A stretch of DNA of 64,000 nt from Planctomycetota bacterium. GTDB lineage: Bacteria > Planctomycetota > Planctomycetia > Pirellulales > Pirellulaceae. The DNA lies in assembly GCA_963581185.1 (NCBI GenBank), contig CAUZOB010000001.1, positions 14,826 to 78,825 of the forward strand, read 5' to 3'. The position numbers were made by a program, and so were the translations under genes. The notes beneath the pieces were generated by a model. That model worked only from the letters and a program-made list of their open reading frames with translations. It did not search any database and was not told the origin of the DNA. This document shows positions 1 through 9,537 of the stretch, one piece after another (position 1 is the stretch's first letter; each line of letters opens with the position of its first letter).

Positions 1-969
1 CGGTGAGAGCGGTTTGCCCGCTTGATGGGCTGGACAGACATCCTGGCATCGTCCGCAGGCGACGCAGGCGTCCAATTCACGCAGCTGGCGGCTTTGAAAG
101 TCAGCCAGCTGCCCAACACCAAACCGCCCGGTCTTTTCAAGATCCTCAATACTCACCAGCTGCATCTGGCCAAGCTGTTTCTGCTGGGTGGCCAACTGGA
201 TCGCTCCGGCAATTGCATGCAGCAAGCGGGTGTATGGAATTACCGCAATGAAAGCCAGTGCCGCTACAGCATGGCACCACCAGAGGACCAGGTGAATCGC
301 AGCCGCTGACGTGCTGGTCGTGCCCGCCGCGGTGAACAGCCAGGCGGCGAGAAGGCCGACCGGCGAGAAGCCTGGCTGACCTGTCTCGGCCCAGAGGATC
401 CGCAGCCCTTCCACGAGGTAACCGCTGGCCGCCAACATCATCAGCGATGCCAGCAGCCAGATATCCCCGCGATTCCCTGCGATACTTTCACTTCCCTGCT
501 TGTTTCCCCAGCCCATTCGCCGCGCCAGGAACCAGCCGCTACCAAGTAGCAGGGCCACGCCGAAGGCGTCCATCAATAGTTCGTAGATGGCAAAATAAAG
601 GCCCTTGTGGAACAGCGGGTCGGTCGGGCTGCGGCCGGCCAACGACGCTCCGAGGTGCTCGATCGCGATCAGGATCGTTCCCAGCGTGAGCACCAGCATG
701 CCGCTGAAGACCAGCAGGTGGGCACAACTGGCAACTCTCCGGCTCGACCAGGTGCTGCGCTGAAAGAGGACTCGACTGAACAGTCGTCTGACCACGGTCG
801 GCCAGCCTGTTTTCTCAGAATTCGGCTGACCTGCTCTCCAGAGTCGAACACGGCTGCGAATGCCGAGCGTGAAAATGGTCAGGGAGACAGCTGCCAGCAG
901 GTAAAAGACCAGCTTGGAGCTGCCATCAATATTACCGAAGACCTCGCGAGTTAGAGATCCTGGAGCCAT
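1..969 (-). CDS. EtfD-like membrane-anchored iron-sulfur oxidoreductase (N-terminal ~323 codons; 3' end lies beyond the window start)
   Basis: Not in the ORF track because no stop lies inside the window. The reverse complement from ATG 969..967 reads MAPGSLTREVFGNIDGSSKLVFYLLAAVSLTIFTLGIRSRVRLW... It continues through several hydrophobic helices (NarI/DsrM-like), then ...LDACVACGRCQDVCPAHQAGKPLSP, a CxxCxxCxxxCP 4Fe-4S motif at 66..31. It starts 13 nt after the etfA stop on the same strand. Confidence 0.7.
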   Translation of the reverse strand, partial: MAPGSLTREVFGNIDGSSKLVFYLLAAVSLTIFTLGIRSRVRLWRAGQPNSEKTGWPTVVRRLFSRVLFQRSTWSSRRVASCAHLLVFSGMLVLTLGTILIAIEHLGASLAGRSPTDPLFHKGLYFAIYELLMDAFGVALLLGSGWFLARRMGWGNKQGSESIAGNRGDIWLLASLMMLAASGYLVEGLRILWAETGQPGFSPVGLLAAWLFTAAGTTSTSAAAIHLVLWWCHAVAALAFIAVIPYTRLLHAIAGAIQLATQQKQLGQMQLVSIEDLEKTGRFGVGQLADFQSRQLRELDACVACGRCQDVCPAHQAGKPLSP

Positions 970-982
970 GCTGCATCCGTTG

Positions 983-1954
983 TTAAGCGTTGTGGTTCGA
1001 TAGCTTGTCGATCATCTCTGGCACAACCTCGTACAGATCTGCCACCAGTCCATAATCGGCAACTTCAAAGATCGGCGCATGTGGATCAGTATTCACTGCA
1101 GCGATAATACGCGAATTCTTCATGCCAGCCAGGTGTTGTACGGCACCAGAGATTCCCAGCGCCAGGTACAACTGGGGAGAGACAATCTTGCCGGTCTGGC
1201 CGACTTGCAGTGCGTTCGGTGTAATGCCGGCATCGACCAGCGCCCGCGAGCTGCCTGTGGCGGCGCCCAGGCAATCGGCCAAGCCTCCCACCAGCTGTTC
1301 GAAATCATCCGAGTTGTGAATGGCCCGTCCTCCCGAGACAACCACGCTGGCCTCGGTCACATCGGGACGATGACTTGGCTTGCTGTCCAGCTGCTCAAAC
1401 TCTGTCCCCCGCGGCAGGCGAGCCTCGTCGACAGTCACCGTCTCCACATCGGCAGCTGCGGCTAGCTGTTCTGCGGCTGGATAGGCTGTTGCCCGGACCG
1501 TGATAATGCTGGGCGTGCCATGCAATCTGACTGTGGCCAATATGGCACCCGCATACATTGGCCGCTTGAGTAGCAGCTGGTCATCGTGCCAGCGATGCGA
1601 GACCACATCGCTGGCCATACAGCCACCCAGCAGTCCAGCGGCGCGCCCGACGACATCCTTTGAGAAAGTCGAAGAGGCTGCGATCACGACCGTTGCCTGC
1701 TGGTTACGGACCACGTCGGCAATCACCTTTGCCTGTCGATCCGCCAGGGGATATGCCAGTTGTGGGTGGCTGGCTACCAGCAGCGGGGCATACTGCCGTG
1801 CTTGTTCAATCAGCGGCTGGCAATCATGGCCGAGCAGCAGTGCGTGCAGCTGGCCATCCTGCTGCTGGGCCAGCTGCCTGGCAAACTGAATGGCCGACAG
1901 GCTGCCTGCTCGCAGCGACTCTCCGTCATGTTCCAGCACAACAAGTATCTGCAT
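983..1954 (-). CDS. etfA: Electron transfer flavoprotein, alpha subunit
   Basis: 323 aa beginning MQILVVLEHDGESLRAGSLSAIQFA. The C-terminal FAD-binding signature LYLALGISGAVQHLAGMKNSRIIAAVNTDPHAPIFEVADYGLVADL is classic EtfA. It sits 26 nt downstream of etfB. Confidence 0.93.
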   Translation of the reverse strand: MQILVVLEHDGESLRAGSLSAIQFARQLAQQQDGQLHALLLGHDCQPLIEQARQYAPLLVASHPQLAYPLADRQAKVIADVVRNQQATVVIAASSTFSKDVVGRAAGLLGGCMASDVVSHRWHDDQLLLKRPMYAGAILATVRLHGTPSIITVRATAYPAAEQLAAAADVETVTVDEARLPRGTEFEQLDSKPSHRPDVTEASVVVSGGRAIHNSDDFEQLVGGLADCLGAATGSSRALVDAGITPNALQVGQTGKIVSPQLYLALGISGAVQHLAGMKNSRIIAAVNTDPHAPIFEVADYGLVADLYEVVPEMIDKLSNHNA

Positions 1955-1980
1955 GATGAATCCGCAATTCGACGTGAGTG

Positions 1981-2751
1981 TCAGGGAGCATCGCTCGCCG
2001 GACCACCGGCATGTTCCAGAATCTGCGTAACCAGCTGGTCGAGGTTATCGAGCATCTGGCAACTGCGCTCGGAGCTGACCGTTTCCATTTCCACCAGCTC
2101 GATGCGTGGTTCGATGATAACGCCCAGCTCGCTGGCTAAAATCCGTTCGATCGTTTTGTGACGTGCCTTGAGGATACTGGGAAGCGACGCATAACGGGGT
2201 TCATTTAACCGCAGGTCGGTGGTAATCACCGCCGGCTGGCTGACCAGAATCGTCTCGATCCCGGCGTCGGTCTCGCGGGCCACGCGAATCTGACTGCCGA
2301 CAAATTCGATCTTGGAGGCGAAAGTTGCCTGTGGCCAGCCCAGCCTCGCGGCCAGGAACTGGCCAGCCTGGTTGGCGTCATCATCGACCGCTTGCTTGCC
2401 CATCAGGACCAGCTGGGGTTGTTCACGCGCCACGACCGCGTCGAGCAGGCAGGCGACATTCCAGGAATCGAGTTGTTGGGGGGTGTCAGTTTCCACCAGT
2501 AGCGCTCGACTGGCACCCAGCGCCAGGGCCGTGCGTAATTCCTGTTCGTACAGATCCGAGCCGATACCGACAGCCACGACCTCGACATCGCTGCCCTGCT
2601 CGGCAATCCGAATGGCCTCTTCCAGCGCGATCGCGTCAAAGGGGTTGATCACGAAGGGCAGGTTGGAATCGTCGATGTCACGCCCGTCTTCGCGGACCCT
2701 GATTCGCTGGTCCGTATCCGGAACTCGCTTGGTTGGAACCAGGATCTTCAT
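1981..2751 (-). CDS. etfB: Electron transfer flavoprotein, beta subunit
   Basis: The track ORF 1981..2874 has a 41-aa low-complexity extension. The internal ATG at 2751 gives MKILVPTKRVPDTDQRIRVREDG..., the canonical EtfB N-terminus. That start lies 5 nt after the stop of the upstream dehydrogenase gene. Confidence 0.9.
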   Translation of the reverse strand: MKILVPTKRVPDTDQRIRVREDGRDIDDSNLPFVINPFDAIALEEAIRIAEQGSDVEVVAVGIGSDLYEQELRTALALGASRALLVETDTPQQLDSWNVACLLDAVVAREQPQLVLMGKQAVDDDANQAGQFLAARLGWPQATFASKIEFVGSQIRVARETDAGIETILVSQPAVITTDLRLNEPRYASLPSILKARHKTIERILASELGVIIEPRIELVEMETVSSERSCQMLDNLDQLVTQILEHAGGPASDAP

Positions 2752-2755
2752 GCTG

Positions 2756-4009
2756 CTAGCTCTTGCCTTCGACTTTGCCGTAGTAGCTGCCTTGCATCTC
2801 GTAGCAGCGCTGCTGGATCTCGTCGCGCTGCTGGAACCCGTCGAGATCAAAGTACCTGTCAGCCTCGATCGCATCGATATCGTAAGATGTGCTGCCGGTC
2901 AGGATCAGGTCGGCCATGATTACACCAATGGCCGGGCTCTGCACAATCCCATGGCCGCAGAAGCCGGCACAGTAATACAGGCCTTGAATGTCGGGCATGC
3001 TGCCACAGAAGGGCTTGCCGTCGGGAGTGAAGGTCATGATCCCGGCGGTGATGGTCATCGGCGTGCGGGGTGTGATCCAGGGGTAGCGTTTCTCTGCGGC
3101 ATCGATCAGCAGTGCCAGGAAGAGGTCATCCGGGCGGGGCTTGATGGCAGACATGTCAAAGTCGACTGGCAGGGAGGCCATGTCGTATTGCATGCAGTCG
3201 ACGCCATACATACCGACAATCAACCCGCCACTCTCTGGACGAGCGTAGAGCCGCAGGTGGCGATCGCGGATTGCCGGGCTCAAGCGATCTACCGGGTTGT
3301 CGGGATCGGGGCGGGTTGTCAGGTAGACGTGACCGAGTGCCGCTGTTGGCAGCGTCGCGTCGGCCAGTTCTGCCAGCAGGTACGACCAGGGTCCGCCGGC
3401 ATTGACAACAACGGGAGCGTGGATTGGTCCGCTGGCTGTCTGCACACCGGCAACTCTGCCACCCTCCAGGATCAGTCCCTCGACGGGGCAGTTGGTCCGG
3501 TAATCGACGCCATTGTCCCGACCTACCTTGATGTAGGCACTCACCAGCTCTGCTGGCTGTAGATGTCCATCGGTCGGGCAATAGCAGGCATCCAGCAGGT
3601 CGTCGGTGCGCATGGAGGGCAGCTTTTCTGCCACCTGTTGCTGGGAAAGATGCTCGATATCAAAGCCGACCGACTGGCCCATTGCAACCAGGTCTCGGAT
3701 TTCCACTGCCCGTTCGGCTGTCGCGGCAATTCGCAGCGATCCTGTTTGAACGAAGATCTCAACGTCGGCCAGTTGCTCCAGCTCCTGCACAATCTCGACG
3801 CCATCCATCAGCATCCGGGTGGCGGCCGGCGTGCCTCGCAACTGGCCCAGCAGGCCAGCGGCCCGGCCGGTCGAGCCATTACCCAGTCGCTCCCGCTCCA
3901 CCACAACCACCCGGCTGCCGCGCCGTGATAGCTGCATCGCCGTACTCAGCCCGGCCACGCCGCCACCAATCACGATTACATCGGCTGTCGATTGGGAATC
4001 CCCGGTCAT
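2756..4009 (-). CDS. FAD-dependent oxidoreductase, DAO family (sarcosine/dimethylglycine/D-amino-acid dehydrogenase-like)
   Basis: 417 aa. The N-terminal Rossmann dinucleotide motif is DVIVIGGGVAGLSTAMQLSRRGSRVVVVER. Length and overall pattern fit the DAO family. It is the first gene of a DAO-etfB-etfA-FeS operon. Confidence 0.85.
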   Translation of the reverse strand: MTGDSQSTADVIVIGGGVAGLSTAMQLSRRGSRVVVVERERLGNGSTGRAAGLLGQLRGTPAATRMLMDGVEIVQELEQLADVEIFVQTGSLRIAATAERAVEIRDLVAMGQSVGFDIEHLSQQQVAEKLPSMRTDDLLDACYCPTDGHLQPAELVSAYIKVGRDNGVDYRTNCPVEGLILEGGRVAGVQTASGPIHAPVVVNAGGPWSYLLAELADATLPTAALGHVYLTTRPDPDNPVDRLSPAIRDRHLRLYARPESGGLIVGMYGVDCMQYDMASLPVDFDMSAIKPRPDDLFLALLIDAAEKRYPWITPRTPMTITAGIMTFTPDGKPFCGSMPDIQGLYYCAGFCGHGIVQSPAIGVIMADLILTGSTSYDIDAIEADRYFDLDGFQQRDEIQQRCYEMQGSYYGKVEGKS

Positions 4010-4056
4010 TCGCCCGCTACCCTGTCTACCCAGTTGCTGGGCAATCTTACCTGGTC

Positions 4057-5970
4057 TTACTTGAGGTTGACCGTGCGACTTGTTCCGGCACCATCATCTT
4101 CCGGCCGCAGGTTGCGGAGCGTTTTTTCGTCTGGCCGGTCACTGCCAACTTTCACAATATACTTTCCGCTGGCATAGACTGGCGGTCGAAATCGACTGCT
4201 GGCAACACGGATCGTGTAGACAATCTCGCCGCTCGCCTGTTCGATCACCTGCACGACCGGTGCGGCTGAGCCATTCACACGTAACTCGGGCAGCCAGCCA
4301 ACCGGCTGGCGACCATCGTTGTCCTGCATGCGGATTGTCACCGGCCAGCCAGGAAATTGCGCTTCGTCGCCGTCGCGGACATCGGCAAACCGCGGCCAGC
4401 ATTCAAAAGTGATCGTTCGCTCGGTCTTGTTGAACCTCACGACGCCATAGCCATCGGAACGCTTGCGCTGGTCCATGCGGTTTTCCGGGTTGGCGTAAGC
4501 CTTCATGCTGATCGCGTTTCCCAGGCCATCGAGATAGTCACCAGTCCAGGGCAGGGGGCTGCCGACAACAGCATTCGCTCCGGCTTTTTCGTCCTGCGGG
4601 TGCCACCAGCGACCGTAGATCGTGTTGACAATCGCCGGGCTGGTAAAGCCGAATGGTCCATCCCCGTGGTTTTCGATGCCATGTTGCACCAGAACGGCCA
4701 GGTGTTGATCGCCACACAGGTGAGGTGCCCAGGCGCGGCGGATCTCGCTTAGTGCCTGGCGGCGGCCCGTCTGTGGCCAGCCATTGGAATCGAGGTCAGC
4801 CAGCAGTCGGTTGTTGGGATTCCCATGCAGGTGTACGGCGCCGCAAAAGGCTGTCTGGGACAACACGCATTTCATCGAGGCGCCGGTCCAGTCCTGGCTC
4901 CAGCTGTGAAGAAAAGCCAGCTGTCGGTCACCTAGCAACTTGAGGCCAGCCACATCGACAGACTTACGGTCATAGCTGGGATCATTGATGTGGTCGGGTC
5001 GCGGTCCCAGCGGCGGGATCTTTCCCTTGGGACCACTCTTGAACTTGCGGTCTTCCAGGATTGCCAGGTCAATGCCGCCGACACGCAGGTTGGTGTAGTA
5101 GACAGTGATGTCCCGTTCAATCGGTGTGGCATCGTATGGATCTGGCAAATGCCAGGTCTGGCAGCGCTGCACCATGTTGACAAATCGTGCCGGGTAGAAA
5201 TAACCGCCGTCATTGCCAGCTGGCGTGGCAGCTTGCCTGCCGTTTTCTCCCCAGATATTTCCCTGCCCGATATCGTGGTCATCCGGAATCGTGATCACCG
5301 GACGATCCTTGAGGAGGTCTCGGAACTGGATACCGAACTCCAGCCAGCCAAAGGTGTGCTGGGTGTGGTGATACGACTGGTCGCCGGCAAAGAACAGCAG
5401 GTCCGGGTCCTGCGCCAGCAGGTTGGCCACGATCGTGGCCCGTGGACCAGGTGTACGGCGTGAGTTGCACGACAACGATCCAACCACGATCACCTCCTTG
5501 TCGATCGGGTCACGGCGAATGGTGCCAGTGAATTGCGCCTGCTTAGCATGCCTCAGCCGGTACTTCACATTCCGGCTGTTATCCCAGTTTTCAATCCGAA
5601 AGTGGGCACTCCAGCCCAGTTCATGAACTGGCTGCTTGGAGACCTCCTGCCAGCTACCATCTTCCTGGGCCAGTTCCAGCCGCACCTCCCGCGGCTCATC
5701 CGGCAGCAGCGGATACAGCTGGGCTGTTATCTTCAGCACACCGCGGTCGTGGGTATAAACCGCAAAGGCCATGACCTGGTCGCGCGGGACCAACAGGCGG
5801 GGCTGCTTGCCACCCTTCGGCTTCCACCACTGGCCCGTGGCATCCGAGTCAAGGGCCGGGAATTTTTCACCGAACGGCTGTGGTTCGACGGCGCTGGCGC
5901 CAGCAGCCAGCAGCGAGAATGCCAGGCAGAGCCCAGCTGCGATCAACAATTGGAATGTGAAGTGACGCAT
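4057..5970 (-). CDS. Secreted PhoD-like / calcineurin-like metallophosphoesterase
   Basis: 637 aa with signal peptide MRHFTFQLLIAAGLCLAFSLLAAGASA. Metallophosphatase-type motifs are LLFFAGDQSYHH, ITIPDDHDIGQGN and CGDQHLAVLVQHG. Family assignment comes from these motifs only. Confidence 0.55.
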   Translation of the reverse strand: MRHFTFQLLIAAGLCLAFSLLAAGASAVEPQPFGEKFPALDSDATGQWWKPKGGKQPRLLVPRDQVMAFAVYTHDRGVLKITAQLYPLLPDEPREVRLELAQEDGSWQEVSKQPVHELGWSAHFRIENWDNSRNVKYRLRHAKQAQFTGTIRRDPIDKEVIVVGSLSCNSRRTPGPRATIVANLLAQDPDLLFFAGDQSYHHTQHTFGWLEFGIQFRDLLKDRPVITIPDDHDIGQGNIWGENGRQAATPAGNDGGYFYPARFVNMVQRCQTWHLPDPYDATPIERDITVYYTNLRVGGIDLAILEDRKFKSGPKGKIPPLGPRPDHINDPSYDRKSVDVAGLKLLGDRQLAFLHSWSQDWTGASMKCVLSQTAFCGAVHLHGNPNNRLLADLDSNGWPQTGRRQALSEIRRAWAPHLCGDQHLAVLVQHGIENHGDGPFGFTSPAIVNTIYGRWWHPQDEKAGANAVVGSPLPWTGDYLDGLGNAISMKAYANPENRMDQRKRSDGYGVVRFNKTERTITFECWPRFADVRDGDEAQFPGWPVTIRMQDNDGRQPVGWLPELRVNGSAAPVVQVIEQASGEIVYTIRVASSRFRPPVYASGKYIVKVGSDRPDEKTLRNLRPEDDGAGTSRTVNLK

Positions 5971-6070
5971 GGATTTTTCCGGGAATGCGAACCTCGTGAA
6001 TTGGGATTGAGCCGTGCTGGATGCCAGCCAGCCGGTTCGGTCTGGCCGCCTGCCTCGGACCGCTCAGGCC

Positions 6071-8005
6071 TTACTCGCGGACGAACTTGAAAATACTTCG
6101 TCCGCTCGGTGTCTGGACCGTGTAATAGACTTCTCCCTGTTCGTCCATTCCGAAAGAGAGAACTGGAATGCCACCGTCGCTGATTGCCAGGTTGCTGGCA
6201 ACCTTGCCGTTCTTGAGGTCATATTTCAATGCCCAGATTTTGCCGGTGATATAGTCGGCGTAAAGGTATGCGCCGACCAGTTCGGGCAGGGCACTGCCGC
6301 GATAGACATGACCTCCAGTGATCGACTTGCCAACCTGGTGATCGTATTCCCAGACTGGGTCCAGAGCCGGGCTGAGAGAGCTGGCCGCCTTGTTGCCGAA
6401 TGGATAATTTCCCTCTCGACCACTCCAGCCATAATTGGCGCCGCGCTGGACGAGATTGATCTCCTCCCAGAGATCCTGGCCAACATCCGCGAACCAGATG
6501 GCCCCGGTCGGTCGATCGACCGACATGCGCCAGGGATTGCGTGTCCCGTAGGCATAAACTTCCGGCGCAATCTCTTCCTGGCCGGCGAATGGATTGTCTT
6601 TGGGGATAGAGTAGTTCTTGCCAGTGGATTTCTTGTCCACATCGATGCGCAGGATAGTCCCCATGATGGTCGCTGGATTCTGGCCGTGGCCGATGGGGTC
6701 ATTGCGCCCGCCACCGTCACCCAGTCCCATGTAGAGGTAGCCATCGTTGCCAAACACCATCGGGCCGCCGTTATGATTGGCGAAGGGTTGTGGAATTCGC
6801 ATCAGCACCAGTTCGCTCTCGGGATCCGCCCGGCTGGGGTCCTTTCTTGAGCGAGTGAATCGGGAGAGGTACGAAACCCGTGCTTCCTTGGAGGATGTGT
6901 AGTAGATGAAGAGGTGGCCGTTCTTTTTGAAGTTCGGATGCATGGCGAAGCCCAGCAGTCCTTCTTCGTCGTCCTCGGGGAATGGCTGCACGCGATCCCG
7001 GATATCCAGGAAGACGCGAGCCAGCGTGGCTGCAGGATCATTATCGAAGACGTAGATCCTGCCGATCTGAGCTGCCACAAAGATCCGGTTACTGCCGTCG
7101 CCGGCATGTGTCATTTCCAGCGGACGGATGTTCTGAATCCGACCTTGCTCGTCAACTCCCTCAAAATCTTCCCACTTCAGTTGCGGGAAGGCCTCGACAG
7201 GCTTGAGTGCCAGTCGGCCATCGATCGGGTTAGGGGCGTCGGCGTCGGCCTTGATTTCACGAATCTTGATATTCCGGAAAGCCACTTCGTTGCCGTGATC
7301 CTGCAGGCAGATATGGCCACTGGTCGGTTTGCCAAACAACTCGTACTTGGCAAACTTGCTCTTGGCAACGCGCTCGTCCCAGTCCTTGTCGCCCTTCTTG
7401 AATTTGTAATAGCTGACACCATTCAGCGCCACCTCGCACTGGTCGGGTGCGATTCGCAGGTAAATGTGATTCCACTCGCCAGCCGGCCGGGTGGCATCGT
7501 CGACTTCGGGACTCTTGAAGCCAACCTGATTTTCGAAACGGCGGGCCCAGTTGGGTTTGACTGGCTTGTAGAGCTGGTAAAGCCAGCCAGCCTTCTGGGG
7601 ATCGTGCCCGTCGACGTTGTCCTGGAGCTGGATTTCAGGTCCCGTATGCCAGGGCCGTTGCCCTTCTTCACTGACATGGAACATGATCCCGCTGTTACCA
7701 CCCTTGGACATCCGGTACTCGATCGAGAGTTCGAAGTACTCGAACTGCTTGGTGGTAATAATATCCCCGGCAGCCTTGCCACTCCGTACAAGTATCCCAT
7801 CCTTGACCGACCAGCCGTCGGAAATCTCATCCTGCTTGTAGTTACGCCACTGGTCTGTGGTCTTGCCGTCGAACAGCATCGACCAGCCCGTTCTCTTTTC
7901 TGCGTCGGTGAGGCCATTGAAGGGGACGTCCGCATCCACTGGCGCGGACGGAAGAAGAGCCAGGCAGAGGGCCAGCAGTGCGACGCGAGTCAGGAGACGG
8001 TTCAT
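6071..8005 (-). CDS. Secreted DUF1080 (3-keto-disaccharide hydrolase-like) domain fused to a PQQ-dependent sugar (glucose/sorbosone) dehydrogenase beta-propeller
   Basis: I prefer ATG 8005 (MNRLLTRVALLALCLALLPSAP, a signal peptide) over the track start at 8059. DUF1080 signatures: GWSMLFDGKTTDQWRNY, GGNSGIMFH, ICLQDHGNEVAFRNIKIRE. GSDH signatures: GFAMHPNFKKNGHLFIYYT, ANHNGGPMVFGNDGYLYMGLGDGG, YAYGTRNPWRMSVD, GANYGW. Confidence 0.85.
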   Translation of the reverse strand: MNRLLTRVALLALCLALLPSAPVDADVPFNGLTDAEKRTGWSMLFDGKTTDQWRNYKQDEISDGWSVKDGILVRSGKAAGDIITTKQFEYFELSIEYRMSKGGNSGIMFHVSEEGQRPWHTGPEIQLQDNVDGHDPQKAGWLYQLYKPVKPNWARRFENQVGFKSPEVDDATRPAGEWNHIYLRIAPDQCEVALNGVSYYKFKKGDKDWDERVAKSKFAKYELFGKPTSGHICLQDHGNEVAFRNIKIREIKADADAPNPIDGRLALKPVEAFPQLKWEDFEGVDEQGRIQNIRPLEMTHAGDGSNRIFVAAQIGRIYVFDNDPAATLARVFLDIRDRVQPFPEDDEEGLLGFAMHPNFKKNGHLFIYYTSSKEARVSYLSRFTRSRKDPSRADPESELVLMRIPQPFANHNGGPMVFGNDGYLYMGLGDGGGRNDPIGHGQNPATIMGTILRIDVDKKSTGKNYSIPKDNPFAGQEEIAPEVYAYGTRNPWRMSVDRPTGAIWFADVGQDLWEEINLVQRGANYGWSGREGNYPFGNKAASSLSPALDPVWEYDHQVGKSITGGHVYRGSALPELVGAYLYADYITGKIWALKYDLKNGKVASNLAISDGGIPVLSFGMDEQGEVYYTVQTPSGRSIFKFVRE

Positions 8006-8204
8006 CGTTTTCTTCTTTTCAAGCGGAGGGTATTCTTCAAGGAGCACTCTGGAGTGCAAGACTGATTGTACTACGCCCCGGGCCGCCAGACAGCCAACCT
8101 GGCCGGTGGAGGATCAGGGGCCGTTCTTTTCAGCGGCCTATCAACAGCTGCTCGATCACGGCCAGCGTGACCCGATCTTCTCGTCGCACCTACTGAAAAC
8201 GACA

Positions 8205-8369
8205 ATGGCTGTTGAGCAGGAGGCAGAGGGTGTCAGTCAAGAGACATGGCACTACCTGCTGGCTGCAATCAACCGTTTCCTGAATTCGCCACTCAAGCAG
8301 AAGCATGTACGGCGACTGGCCCGTCAGGCCAACGAACTGGTAAGCAGGGATTTTATTGAGACCCCGTAA
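8205..8369 (+). CDS. Small hypothetical protein (54 aa), weakly supported
   Basis: ATG 8205 gives MAVEQEAEGVSQETWHYLLAAINRFLNSPLKQKHVRRLARQANELVSRDFIETP. Codon choice resembles neighbouring genes (CTG, GCC, AAC). The short hairpin GACCC-CGTAA-GGGTC spans the stop codon. I recognise no homology and see no clear RBS. Confidence 0.3.
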   Translation: MAVEQEAEGVSQETWHYLLAAINRFLNSPLKQKHVRRLARQANELVSRDFIETP

Positions 8370-8387
8370 GGGTCCTGCTCTGCTAGA

Positions 8388-9434
8388 TCAGGTCTTGGGC
8401 TTGGGGGCCTGCTGCTCTGCTGGCTTTTGGCCCTGTCCCTCAAGTTGCTTGCGAGCGGTCTCCAGCTCCTGCAGTGCTCGCTTGAGATTCTCCAGTGACT
8501 TGGCGACCGGATCATCCTTGGCCGGCGGGGCACCAGCTTCCAGCTGACGTTGAATCGCCTTGATCATGTTTTCAGCATGCTGCAGCTGGATCTTGGCCAT
8601 CCGCTGGCGAATGTTGGCGGGGAGATTACCCTGCGGAGCCGGCTGGGGAAAATTGGGGATCCGGATCGGGGGAATCTTGAATTGCGGAATACCATTGCCG
8701 CCCTGGATCTGGATATTGCCGATCTGGATAAGACCGGCAGCTCCCTTGGCGTACTTCTCGTACAGCTTGTATGCGTCGGGGTGATTCTTCTTGAGTTCCG
8801 CGACGTTCTTGGCTGCGTACTTCTTTGTTTCCGGCTTGCCATCTTTCTTTTGCGTGACCTCTACGGTGATCCCCTTGTTGGGATCCTCGTGAATCTTGAT
8901 TTTGCGATCCTGCTCGGTCACTTCAACATCCCGCACGCCATTTGCATTACGAATCTGGATTCCCTGGGCGCCGCCCTGGATCTGGATTTGAATCTGGGGG
9001 ATGCCGCGCAGCTGGGGGACAGGCTGGTTCGCGACAGCCGGCTTGGGCGGTGCGAGTGCCTCGCGGGCAAGTCGTGGGCCAACGCCATTCTCAACCTTGG
9101 CGATCGCTTCAAGTGCCGTGCGGGCAGTCTTCTTCAACTCGTCGCTGCCTGTCTTGAGGTGTCCTCTGAGTATGCTCACTGCGCGGGTCACGACTTCTCG
9201 ATTGTCACCCCCGGCAGCCTCTGCCAGCGGTGCGACTGCCGCCTGGCCGGCCTTTAGCAGTCTTTGGGTCGCCGTCTGTCGCTTGGCGAAATCACGGGAA
9301 CCGAGTTGCTCGATCAACTGGGGGATTGTTGCGGCCTGAGGTTCAGCCAGCCTGTCCTCGGCGATCAGACGCGGAGCGGCAGTGCATACCAGGAGTGTGA
9401 GCAGTGTGGCCAGCAGCGAATGAACCTTGAGCAT
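8388..9434 (-). CDS. Secreted hypothetical protein (helical-repeat N-terminus, IQ/G-rich repeats, coiled-coil C-terminus)
   Basis: I prefer ATG 9434 (MLKVHSLLATLLTLLVCTAAP signal peptide), which has GGGGAG 7 nt upstream on the minus strand. The N-terminal helical region reads IPQLIEQLGSRDFAKRQTATQRLLKAG. I recognise no enzymatic motif. Confidence 0.7.
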   Translation of the reverse strand: MLKVHSLLATLLTLLVCTAAPRLIAEDRLAEPQAATIPQLIEQLGSRDFAKRQTATQRLLKAGQAAVAPLAEAAGGDNREVVTRAVSILRGHLKTGSDELKKTARTALEAIAKVENGVGPRLAREALAPPKPAVANQPVPQLRGIPQIQIQIQGGAQGIQIRNANGVRDVEVTEQDRKIKIHEDPNKGITVEVTQKKDGKPETKKYAAKNVAELKKNHPDAYKLYEKYAKGAAGLIQIGNIQIQGGNGIPQFKIPPIRIPNFPQPAPQGNLPANIRQRMAKIQLQHAENMIKAIQRQLEAGAPPAKDDPVAKSLENLKRALQELETARKQLEGQGQKPAEQQAPKPKT

Positions 9435-9537
9435 CGTGGGACTCCCCGGAGTTGAACGGGACAAGGGATCTACATCGTGTACCCGAAATTTCCTTATAAA
9501 CGCCCGTCAGGCTACTTGTCCAGAGCCTTTCTGGCGT

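Noticed and set aside
1981-2874. Long N-terminal extensions in the ORF track. Examples are etfB to 2874, the propeller-DH to 8059, pepC to 17701, the MFS from 31690, the WD40 from 42704, DUF1501 to 45188 and 48704, and the S8 protease from 59215.
   Set aside because: The track takes the first ATG/GTG/TTG after a stop. Internal starts give canonical N-termini or signal peptides, often with a GGAG-type RBS, and they avoid overlap with neighbouring genes.
2312-3562. 416-aa plus-strand ORF across etfB and the DAO gene. The same class includes 6014..6850, 6914..8065, 11317..12168, 28345..29238, 33807..34703, 35547..36647, 47163..47858 and 57278..58162.
   Set aside because: All are antisense to genes with strong motif support. 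Their compositions are dominated by Arg/Ala/Gly/Leu/Ser runs, and none shows a signature I recognise.
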